DNA of 48,734 nucleotides, counting the filler, from Streblomastix strix (lineage: Eukaryota): NCBI GenBank assembly GCA_008636045.1. It is 2 parts of 2 records of this genome, joined end to end, with 100 filler letters (N's around TTAATTAATTAA, not from the genome) between each part and the next. Parts side by side here need not be neighbours in the genome. Positions count along the whole stretch, not along the records: positions 1 to 24,318 come from SNRW01000239.1; positions 24,419 to 48,734 come from SNRW01000240.1. One strand, 5' to 3'. Positions 13,430-24,509 of the stretch are shown one piece after another. The position numbers and the translations under genes are program-made. Below the pieces are notes generated by a model. That model saw nothing but the letters and a program-made list of their open reading frames with translations, was not told the DNA's origin and did not search any database. Numbering within the stretch: position 1 is the stretch's first letter; each line of letters begins with the position of its first letter.

Positions 13430-15275
13430 GGTAATTTTAACCTGTTAGTTATATCTCAAATTAGGCATTTCTGAATGTCTTTCTTCCATTAATCGTTTAA
13501 TCAGTTCCAACATTAACTAACTCATTATTATTAAACGTTATTTTTGAACTATCACTATTAATACTTAAACCAACACTATGATCATCTTGTCGTAGAGATG
13601 ATGGGGTTATTGTAAGCGCTTTATCATTTGTTTTACTTATTTCCCATTAACCTGCTTGAGTTGTATTTATAGCCGAAGTATCACATTCTAAATATAATGC
13701 TGAATAATTACTATAATTTTCTATTCTAATGACATTATTATATGTATTATAACTTCGATTCATTGGATTAACTTATATCATATTATTTATTATTCCACCA
13801 TTAGCTAAATCAGAAGTAATTGGTATTTATGTTTATGATCCTGTGATTGAGGTGACAATATCTTATGTTAAAATCTCAGTAACTCGAGTAGCCCAATATG
13901 TACTTTATTTACTTACAGTAACAGTTACCCCTCCGCTACCGGTCATCATATGAATCAATCCAGTATATACAGCAGAAGAATAAGAACCTGTATGTGTATG
14001 TAATATCTAATCAACTCCATAGTATATATTATATCCAGTTTATACATATTATGGAGCAGTAATATTGCCATAAAGCTCAACGATTCCATTAACGGTATAA
14101 TTAGGAACCAAATCAATAGTTTACATAGCGTTTGTATTACATGTTACTTAGAATTATATATAAGGTGCTCTTGTACTTGTTCCTGTAGGAAATACACATA
14201 ATCAAATATATCCACCGGATCCACTAGAATATTATCTTGATAATTTTGAATCTATCGTTGTTGTATCACCATTGGCGCATAACACTTCTGAAGCAGTTCC
14301 ACCTGATTTAATAAATTTAGTAGCAGTAATGTTACCATCATAAGTCAATTGCTATGGATGAATATGATCATGTCTTGAATAATATGCTGAAGTACCATTA
14401 TTTCCAACTCCATTAACTATAGGTACAATTGAAGCATTAGTTTAGACATTATTAGGATGAGAATGATCATTTCTAGCGTAAGAATCAACTGTACTATAAG
14501 ATCCTTCTGCTGAATCAATATTAGGAATAGTATCTACAGTCTGAATTGGATGTTAATGATCCGATCTTGCATAAGAACTAGCTTATCCAACAGTACCAAC
14601 TGATGTATCTTTACTTGATAAAACATCAGAAACTTATAGTGGATGCTTATGATCTCCTCGTGAATACTCATTTGAAGTTCTTGCAACTCCAGTTCCACTA
14701 TCAACTAATGGAATAGCATCACTTGCAGGAATTACTTAATCAGGAACTGGATCTCCACTGTTATACCAATTCTAATCATACATCCATACTGTTTCACTTT
14801 CAGCAGAGAAAGCAAAGTCACCATTGGCAGAGTTTTCTAATTATTATATATCTGTGTTCAATAAATAATACCTTCTAAAATGTGTTTATCTATTAAGTTC
14901 ATCATTAGTTACATTAATTTATTATTACAAACCACCAATATCTTAAGTTGCAGTTCCCAAAGTCTATTATAATACGTTAACTTCTTATTCTAACGTAGTT
15001 ATTTTACCTAAGAAATCACTATTTAATAAATTTATATTTTTCAATGTCATTATACCATTAGTTTCCAGTTTCATAGCATAATTCAATGGATTATCTATTG
15101 GTGCATATATTAATGAGTTTTAATCATCAACTGTCAATGATTATTCACTTCCTAATAATTAATTATTGGAACTTGATGATTTTTTTGAATACTGTATCAA
15201 ATATTGAAAATCTGATTAAATCAAAGAACGAATAACTTAGATCTATTATTTACTCAAGGTTTTAGCTAATGTCAT
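13430..15275 (-). pseudogene. Long fibre/spike protein with phage tail-fibre-type repeats; internal stop, 3' end lost
   Basis: Coiled coil, then four repeats YSRGDHKHP / YARSDHQHP / YARNDHSHP / YSRHDHIHP, then KFIKSGGTASEVLCANGD, a beta-rich region and VNVGTDQTINGRKTF. In-frame TGA at 14202-14204. Confidence 0.75.
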
Positions 15276-15313
15276 ATTTGAATAAAGAAAAATAAATATA
15301 ATCATAAAATGTA

Positions 15314-16327
15314 TCATTGATTCTTTAGTATTTCATATTTACTCTACCATTTATTAAGTATTATGAATTCATATTTATTAAGAGTTCCATACAGTAACAT
15401 AAACTCATCAAAGTCAAGATTCTATATAGAATTCTCTTCATAGGCTTGTTTTAAATCACTTTCAGATAGATTAACTCCTAAACACATGACATGAGATAAA
15501 ATTCTAGCAGTTTTAAATAAGTAACTTGGACGTTAAGCAACAAAGAAAACTGAATTTTTACTAAGTCTACTGTCGGAAACTAAATGTGTTATTGTCTTAG
15601 CTAATCCTGAAGAGAATCTTTAAATATCAGCATTACTTCCTATTTCATCAAATATTAACAATGAATTTAATAATAAACTATGGAATAATATAGTAATCTT
15701 CGTTACTTTTAATTCTGCATCACCATCATCTTATGATATTTCTATTTTTCTCTCGAATTACACGTTATGAATCATTGCAGGAATAGTAAATCTCATTATC
15801 ATTGTTGGAACACTATATTTAGTTATGATATTAATATATTCTTAACGAAATATCTATGCAATTCTTCTTGCATAATCCTTAGGTTTTTCTAATTATTATT
15901 CAGGTGTTGCTGAAGCAATTCGTGATGGATTCTATTTTATTGGATTCATTATTAATATTCTTTCTTTCATTCTCTATATATAATCAGATTTGTACGATAC
16001 ATTTACTTCACTTAACTTCCAATATGTATATATTTCATTAACTTAATATTTAATTTCATCAAATTAAGGAAATAAATACATAGCTTCATCGTATGTTATA
16101 TTTGTTAAGATTATATTCTTAGAGTTTAGATTCAATGCCATAGTCTCATCAGCTCCAAAATTAGAGAAATATAAAATGAATGGATTGATTTTTTATTTGT
16201 AGATTACTATCAGTTTACTTAATAAAGTTGTTTTACCTGAATCAACTGCACCAACTATATAATGATTCTCATTGATTAAAAATAATGAATTCCTTGTCAA
16301 TGGCTTGGTTTTATATTCATCTAACAT
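15314..16327 (-). CDS. A32/FtsK-HerA-type genome packaging ATPase
   Basis: Walker A YIVGAVDSGKTT, Walker B LLIFDE, then DSR...VFFVAQR. Span is 338 codons. An upstream ATG at 16373 is one base out of frame. Confidence 0.85.
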
Positions 16328-16396
16328 AGAATTATCCGTAAAATGTCACAGATTATATCTCAGATAATGTCATTATATTTTTTATAAAACAAACAT

Positions 16397-16780
16397 ATGT
16401 TAAATATTATTATAATAATAATAAATTCTATATTTTATGGAGTTAACTTCATTGTATCTATAATTTCTCTATCAATTCCTAAGTAATTAACAGATATTAT
16501 TGCATTAATAAAATAATTATGGAGTTATTTTGATGTGATTCCAGTTCCTATTAATATAATTATATATATATTTCAGTTTGTTTATCGTCGAAGAAAGAAA
16601 TTAAAAATGGAATCATAGGAGAAACCAAGATATTTTCATTGGTTTAAGTATTCAAATGAATAAACTGAGGATTTCATTAAAGAAGCGATTGAAAAATAAG
16701 ATGAGGAACTTGCAAAGTAGTGGAGATATATATTGTATTTAAAGTTATTGAATCTTAAGACATATGATAATGGTAATTGA
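16397..16780 (+). CDS. Small viral membrane protein (two hydrophobic segments followed by RRRKK), 127 aa
   Basis: MLNIIIIIINSIFYGVNFIVSIISLSIP...VIPVPINIIIYIFQFVYRRRKKLKMESQEKPRYFHWF...; intact ORF under TAR=Gln, divergent from the ATPase. Confidence 0.6.
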
Positions 16781-16814
16781 AATGTAATATATCTTCAATT
16801 TTATTTGTAATTTA

Positions 16815-17588
16815 TCGACTAGCCGATTAATTATGAATTGCATATGAATCACAAACTTAAACACAAAAATCCTTAGATAAATTAATCTAACACATTGTAT
16901 TTATTATAACATTACCATTAGAATTAATATAGCAATCTATAGGAATTGAACCAGTCCAAACTATTGGATAATCATATACTCTTTACGCAAACATAACAGC
17001 ATTTAACGGTATGTTAGTTGGTGTTCCACTGAATTTTGGTTTTATGACATTATCAACGATTGAGAATAAAGTATATGCAGATTAACAAAGAGTATTTTGA
17101 TCTGAGTGAGTTATTTGCATTGAAAGATATACTCTACTATTTTATGTTGTTAGTGTACCCCATACTCGTGTTTCATACATTCCATAAGCAATAGCTGAAT
17201 AACGTGCGTCTTCAATAGGTTGATAATCTAATTTATCTTTATCAATAGTATCTCCATTAGCTAATAATATTTAATTACTTGTTCCACCTAATTTAATGAT
17301 TCTATTAGCTGTGATAGGCTATGTAAATGATTTGATTCCAGTAATAACTTATGCTGTATTCAATGTTACAAAGTCAGATATTGATTATTTCTTAAAGAAT
17401 TAACTAAAGTAAGTAAAATATTTTATTATTTCACTATCTATTTATTAAGTTATTTATTTTTACAATTTCTTCAGTGATTCTTTTTCTTATTATTATTTCT
17501 TCATCTTCTCATATTCTGATTTCATTTATTATAGTTCTTCTTCTAATGGATCCTCAAGATCAGTTATTTATTACGCTTCTTATTCCAT
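16815..17588 (-). CDS. Short fibre-like protein (coiled coil + tail-fibre motifs + beta-rich head); 3' end approximate
   Basis: FVTLNTAQVITGIKSFTQPITANRIIKLGGTSNQILLANGD shares both motif types with the long fibre. No TGA where the head appears to end (AGT CGA at ~16815). Confidence 0.7.
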
Positions 17589-17630
17589 TAGTTTTCAACA
17601 AAAATAAACAATTTCATAGTGAGGTTATAT

Positions 17631-18425
17631 TCAGAAATGCGTAGCGTTACTGTAAATCTTCGATTTTCAGAAATCGTTTGGTTCAATGTTAGATTCTATT
17701 GTTTCTGATAATCTAACATAGTCTTTGTTGACTCGATACAGCTTCTCAATACTATTCCATAATACGTTATCTATGTTGGAAATTGAGACATTTTTAATGA
17801 GAACATCTAAAATGCGAATTAAATCTTTCTTTTTATATGATCTGCTGCCAATGCACCAATGTTATCTCATCAGTGGTTCTTCCATTACAACTTCTATGTC
17901 TTTCTCCTCTTCTTATGTTATTAATGACAATAGTTTTATATAGTTATTAGAAGAAAATATGAAATCTTCACCACGTTTTCTTGTTGAGGTATTCTTCCAA
18001 ATCGTATCTATGAAGAATTTCTATACTTCTAAGTTAGGATGAGATAAGTAAGTATCCTTAACAACTTATTCTGGTTCAACCTAAGCAGTTTCACGTGGAA
18101 CTTCTTTATATTTATTAATATTATACTTATGTCTTCGTGGTCTTTCAGTTTATATCTCTCATTGTGGTTCCTCTTGCTCTTATCGTACATAAGATCTGCT
18201 CACATTTATGAGTTCATCGATGGTTAAATCTCTGCTTCGTAATGGTGTCTGAATCGAAGATTATATTTATAATGCTGGAATTTACACTGCCTTTCTGAAT
18301 CCGTTCGCTATAGCTTCATCAATGGCTTATAATCTAGCCTTATCTTCTTCTGAAAGTTCTTTCTTAACAACACTCGCATGTTTGCTTTTATGAACTCTCA
18401 TTTGATTTGTTTGTATTGTAGTCAT
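17631..18425 (-). pseudogene. Viral hypothetical protein with two in-frame TGA
   Basis: MTTIQTNQMRVHKSKH...KFFIDTIWKN...SKIYSNATHF*, 265 codons; internal TGA at 18159-18161 and 17667-17669. Confidence 0.6.
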
Positions 18426-18466
18426 AATATTTTGTGTTTAAATAAAATCAATAAGTATCTTATAAA

Positions 18467-19129
18467 ATGAATCAAGCATAGGCATTAAAGAATTTCATGG
18501 AAAACGGAACTTCAATTGAATATTTCAATAATGGATATATTATGTAAGTTAAAGATAAGATCAAAGTATATGAAGAAAGAAAGAAAGCAGCAAGAACTCT
18601 GACTCAAGCTTAATAAACTAAATTATTATTAGAAGCAAGAGGTGGAGGATAAACAAAACCTAATCGAGTATTAAAAATACATGTTAAATAGAACAGCGAT
18701 AAAGAAGCAGATGATGAGTAAGAAGATTATCACATGAATATCGACGATGATGACTGTGATGATTAATAAATTATCGTAGAATAAGCAACGAAGTTGCCTG
18801 CCGACTGGTAACCAAGATAAACTCCAAAACCAAAACCAATGAAAACAACAAAGAAGTAACCATAGATAAATGAATCTTCTCCATAAGTAGATTTAGAGGA
18901 ATTAATACGTTTACGAACAGAAAACTCATTTAAAAAGTAATAACATCAAGAATCTATTAAACTAGCTGAGAAATATAAAGCAAAAATAAGAGATTATAAA
19001 TAAAGGAAACTTAACGATGAATAATCAGAGCAAATATAAACTCCACCATAAGAATAAATTCCTGAATATTAAGAATAAAAATAACAATAATAATAAGAAC
19101 TTAGATTTAATGAAACAGATTTGTGGTGA
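18467..19129 (+). CDS. Viral hypothetical charged/disordered protein, 220 aa
   Basis: MNQAQALKNFMENGTSIEYFNNGYIM...ELRFNETDLW*; open ATG to TGA under TAR=Gln. Confidence 0.7.
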
Positions 19130-19161
19130 CTGCATTCTTCGTCATTGCTTACGCAGTGAAA

Positions 19162-19655
19162 TCAATCAGTTTCAACATCACGTTCATTATTCTCTTCAGA
19201 TGAATTATTATGATTTTCTTATATATATCCTAGTTATTAAAATGTTACTTGATCTTGATCCCTAATACTCAATAATTCCTATATTTTTATAACTTTCTCA
19301 TCGTATTAATCAATTATTTTATGAATCCAAGCAAGTTCATCTCTATTTGGAATTACAATTCTTTACAAACGTTGAATTAGTAATAACTAAGAATTCGGAG
19401 CATTATACTTATATTCAAGTGCTTTTTATTTATCCTTAGCATCATTAATTCTCTTCATGATTCGTTGAGCTTATTTTGCATCTTCTTCAGTTGCATACTT
19501 ACGTTTTCGAAGCTTCAAATTAGGAATTTAAGGTAATTCATCAGGAGATTTAAGTTTGAGATATTATCAGCGAATATTTATAATTATTCTTCAGGAGATT
19601 TAACTGGAACACTAAATTACCACTTCTCTTTTAAAGCTTTTGGCACAATTGCCAT
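19162..19655 (-). pseudogene. Small basic helical viral protein, frameshifted
   Basis: MAIVPKALKEKW...[frameshift ~19561]LKSPDELPQIPNLKLRKRKYATEEDAKQAQR...ERDVETD*. Confidence 0.55.
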
Positions 19656-19704
19656 GTTTCTATTTTTGATAAGAAATAAACGAAAAATAATAAAAAATTA
19701 AATT

Positions 19705-20877
19705 TCATATTTTAAAATATTATTTATATTTTTCATCTAATTATTGAATATTTTAAGCTTTTAATTTACAATATTATATTGGTAATTCTATTATTTTTAT
19801 ATCATTATATGGCTTTAATAATTTAGCAGATACATTACCATTAGAGTACTTAATAAACTCAGCTAATTCATTGAAATTTCTTCTTTATTTAATGAACTAA
19901 TGACTTGTTTTTGAGTAATCAAGATGAATCATTAGTAAATTTCCTCGTTAGAATGATAATAAGCCTTTGTTTTATTATTATTATTTAATTTCAAATAATT
20001 TATCTTATTATTATCTTATATATTATCCTTCGATGTCTTAGTTGTCATTAGCTTATTATGGTGAGTATTTATTATCATACGCAGAATGAGGAGTCTAATT
20101 ATACATCTTAACCATATGCTACGTCAAATCATTATCAGCGAATTTCTATCAATCATCACTAAATCCATTATGAATCGTTTTAATAACTGAGTCAACAACT
20201 CTATTATGATTAGTGAACTAAGAATCAGTGAAGAATGAGGTTATTTTATGTTCCTAGCAAAATGATTTCAATATACTTCCATTAAATCCCTTCTCACCAT
20301 CACATCTGATATTAGTAACATGATAATTCTTAACTAGTATTTACAAAGCATTCTTAATTTAGCCTGCTGATTTATCTCTTAATGGGAAAACAACGAGATA
20401 TTTAGTGTTGATATTGATACAGAATAGATATATTTAATTTGCTCTGATAATTCGTTCATCCATTGAGACTAAGTCAATTTCCCATGATCCAAGTTTTGGT
20501 GAGAAATATGGACGATTCAGCTTTGATAATGGCTTAATTTAGTAATCAGGAGGAATTTCTTGGATTTACTCAGGTGATTTGCCATGAAGCTTCTTAAAAT
20601 GCTCTATTTTGGATTTGAAGCGATATTTTAGATGGTAAGCGGATTCGGCTTCCCCTTAATTTTTTGCTTGAATTCTTGGTTAGTTACGTAATCTTGGTGC
20701 ACTTGATTAATCATGCTTTAAAATATATTATTTATATAATATCTCCAGTTATTTCTCATTCAATTTTCTCAAGTTTTACTTATTAAAATTCTTAACAAAT
20801 TCTTAATATTTCATTTAATTCATGTTGTGATAGGCGATATATTCAATCCATTAATCTATGTTTTATTAGCGATTCAT
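19705..20877 (-). pseudogene. Retroviral-type (rve) integrase of Polinton type with an internal stop
   Basis: RPYFSPKLGSWEIDL, YLFCININTKYLVVFPL, NIRCDGEKGF, HNRVVDSVIKTI, YNQTPHSAY; 391 codons; in-frame TGA at 20149-20151. Confidence 0.85.
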
Positions 20878-21062
20878 TTTTGAAAATTTAAAAATACCTC
20901 GTTCTAATGGAGGTTTACATATATATACAAAGCTGAAATCTGTAGAGAATTACATCATAAAATGTAGCAAATCTAATATTTATATACAAATCATCGTTTA
21001 TATATGCCTGGATACGTATTAGAAAGAATAGACAATGAGTTTATCAACTGCCAATGATAAAT

Positions 21063-24000
21063 TCAAAGTTATGATTATTCTTAATCAATCTTATATTAAC
21101 TAGATTTCAAACCATGAATATATGGCGCACAAGCTTAATTTCTAAGAACTATTGTTTTTGTGTTGATTTCACTGATTCCTATTCTTTCTTATATGACTTA
21201 TGATAATATTTCTTGTTTATGAATTAAAGATGTGTTATTTACTTTAATTATTATATTTTTATTAATGTTGTCTTCATATTATTATTTATTTATTTATTTA
21301 TTCTATTCTTGTTTTACTCCTTTCAATTTCATGGTTATTTTTTAATTCTTATTATTATCCATATAATAACACTTTGGAGCTAATGCTAAGCAAGTTGTAG
21401 ATTCTGATTCAATATTCCAACCTCATATCTTCTTCTTATCTTAGTAATTATTATCACTCACTGAAGAAAATAGCTATGAATATAATTAATCTCATAGTTT
21501 CTTATCTTTAATTGGCAAACTCTCATGAGCTATAGCTAAGCATAAACTATCAGTATCACCATAGATAACATGAATATAATCCATATCTAAGCAAGGAGTT
21601 AGAAAATTATAGTAAGCATTGAGATAGAAGTACTTTGAGTTATCCATAGTGAAGTAAGCAACTTATAATGGTGTTGAGCATGAACATCTCTTCTTTTCTA
21701 ATTCAACAATGAAGCAATTCTCGGAAATCTACTTATCAGTAAGAAACGTATTGGCCATATGATGTTTCCATAAGATTTTCTTATTGCACAATCTAAAATT
21801 TTTATATTTCTCTGAGTTAATAGAATCATAACCAAATGAGGTATTCACTTCAAGTTTGTTCTTTAATTCTTCACCTTTGTTACTTTCAATATGAGCCTTA
21901 CAACGAAGATTTATATTAGTTTTAACAAATTCATTGAATTAACAGTGTTTATTAAAGACAATAAGCTATTTAATATCATCAGTCACTAAATGAGAACGAT
22001 CTGTAAAAACCACAGATAATAATTATTGAGTTACATATATTCATCATGAGTTGATAATAGCATCATTAATTTCTATTCATCAATATCGTGTTACATATTA
22101 TTTTTTGTCATATTTTCATAAGTATATTCACCAACAGTATCTTTATCAGTGATTATCTTAAGATTTCTCCAAATAACAGGGAAATTAATGAATTCATTAA
22201 TATATTCATTAGAAATATGAGCTTTGACTTTAGCTATGAGTTATTGAACATTCTTGTTTATTATATCTTCATCAGAAGAGAATCTATGCTTATTGAATAT
22301 GTAATTATTTTGCTTATTCTTAGTCATGAATAACATATTTAACTCCTCCTGGCATGTACATCCAATGATTTGTATATGGAATTAGTGGATGTTGTTCTGA
22401 ACTCATACAAGAACCATAGAAACTATTGAAATCTAGACATATTATATTTTCAACGATATGACGAAGCTCATAAGATATTACCTGATTATCTTATAGTTTA
22501 AATTTATGAATTTAAGTCTTTCCAGCGATATTTTCTCTATGAATAACGAATGAATTACCACTTATCATATCATTACGTAATGAATCATATACTTCCTGAT
22601 TAGAAATAGTCATTGGTAAACTATATAATTCACAATATTTACTTAATTATATCATTAATCTCGGTTTCCTTATCTTTATTAGAAGCATACTTATTACAGT
22701 ATAGACAACAAGATAATACATTAGATTTAGTATGAGATTTCTCGTTATCTATTCTATCTAGTGTTGGCTTATTATCATAAGTAAATCTTGCTTAATACAT
22801 GTGACATCGTTATATTAAGAATACATCATGAAAATATTAATAATCATCATAAGTGATGTTATGATCTATTCTTCTCTTCTTTCGTTTATCTTACTCATTG
22901 CATGAATTGACTTTAGATTTCCAGTATTCCATAGATAAATCAAAGGGATTGGCTTTGTCTTCAGGATTATAACATGATGAAATATTAAAATTCTTATAGG
23001 CAAATGCGTATTTCTTTAAGCAAGATAATTTTGTTAACGAAGTATTCTATAGAAGATCTATATGATATGGAATATAATCATTAATTCTATTATCAATTGC
23101 TGATAATAATAGCTATGATTATCGTATTATATCATTGCTTAATTAGACTTTACCAATATCTCTTAGAAAATCATCGAGTTCCATATTAGCACTGACATAG
23201 TTCTTGGCATCAATAAATTTTAGATGAATGGAGTTATCAGTGGGTTTAACAATGATGTGTATTGGACAACTTCTTGAACCTGGTCTATCGATAATTTCAT
23301 TCTTCATTTATTTAATATTCTTAAATACTAGTGTCGTAGCTGATTTCAAACAGTCAAATCCAATAACATGTACTTCATATCGTTAAGGAACTTCATCAGA
23401 GAATTTATTATCTCTACGGATTTACAATGCTTCACTGAACACCTGGTCAAGCAATTTCTCAACGAAATCTTATTAAGAATTATCATATGATATAGTCTTG
23501 ATATAGTTCTTGGCTTTAATAGTTGATGCTACAGCTGTTTGGGTAAGATTTGGATATTAATAACCACGAATTTTCTATAACTCAGTTTAAAACCTGAATG
23601 TTATGTAATATTATGTTGCTTTATGCTCTGATTCTCTATTATGAGCAAGAAGATATCTATACGTCTTATTTGATGTTATTTGTGGAACAAATGGCTTAGG
23701 AAACTTCTTTAAAGTAATATATTTCTTGATTTAACCATTGTTTTTCTGGCGTTCTTTCATATGAGTATCCATTTTTCTCTTTGAATTATTATTAGGATCC
23801 TTGGTGAATACTGCGTGATTATTACATATAGGACAGATTTTAATACCTAATAGCTTCTCAACACTAATAATATACCTGAGATATTGGTTTCCGTCATCAT
23901 TGTTAAGAAGAAAAATATTATAATGCCTAGCTTATTAGTTATTAATATGATAATTAGTGAATAATTTATAAGGAACTTCAACGTTCTTATCATCATACTC

Positions 24001-24318
24001 ATAGCAATTGATATTGATATTGAATTTCTAACATACTTTCAATGAATCATCCCAATTAAATCCATGATAATTCTTAAGAAATTCACGTTGATTTTCTTTC
24101 TTGACACTGTAGAATTCAAAAAATAATCTTTTACCTTCAGCATTTCTTGAATTACGATCAATTTCAATTCCTTTTGAATCAGGCTTTGTTATACAAGTTA
24201 GATTATACCAGAAGCAAGTATTATAATCATCATCACAATGAATATATTTTATGATACTCTTCTTATTTTTATGAATCTTAATGAGCTCTTCCATATTCTT
24301 TCCAGGAAATGGTAATCT
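21063..24318 (-). pseudogene. Protein-primed family B DNA polymerase, degenerate, 5'-partial
   Basis: CLDFNSFYGS (motif A), KNKLEVNTSFGYD (motif B), IYGDTDS (motif C), ALAPKCY, KLKGV; upstream CPIC..H finger and degenerate exonuclease motifs. TGA at 21492 and 21423; frameshift ~22005. Confidence 0.9.
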
Positions 24319-24418
24319 NNNNNNNNNNNNNNNNNNNNNNNNNNNNNNNNNNNNNNNNNNNNTTAATTAATTAANNNNNNNNNNNNNNNNNNNNNNNNNN
24401 NNNNNNNNNNNNNNNNNN
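24319..24418. other. Artificial 100-nt contig linker (N44-TTAATTAATTAA-N44)
   Basis: Symmetric N runs around a palindromic six-frame-stop 12-mer; genes on both sides are cut. Confidence 0.95.
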
Positions 24419-24509
24419 ACCTTCATTAACAAACAAATTCCATCAAACATTATACCAAAATTTATTATTAATATATATGGACAGTAATTATAAACTATAC
24501 TTATCCAGT

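Larger units (their letters stand above)
11636..24318 (-). mobile_element. Endogenous Polinton/Maverick-like virus, degenerate, truncated by contig end
   Basis: Dense intronless cluster of pPolB, integrase, A32/FtsK-type ATPase, putative capsid, primase and fibre genes, mostly on the minus strand. No TIR/TSD could be defined; left boundary approximate. Confidence 0.9.

Noticed and set aside
13430..17588. Bacterial prophage or contaminant
   Set aside because: Genes use the host TAR=Gln code and are linked to pPolB and an rve integrase.
14202..21494. TGA recoded as Trp/Sec in the virus
   Set aside because: The stops fall in varied contexts, co-occur with frameshifts, and TGA ends the same genes; decay is the simpler explanation.
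24363..24374. TTAATTAATTAA as a piggyBac target or element terminus
   Set aside because: Symmetrically N-flanked artificial linker.
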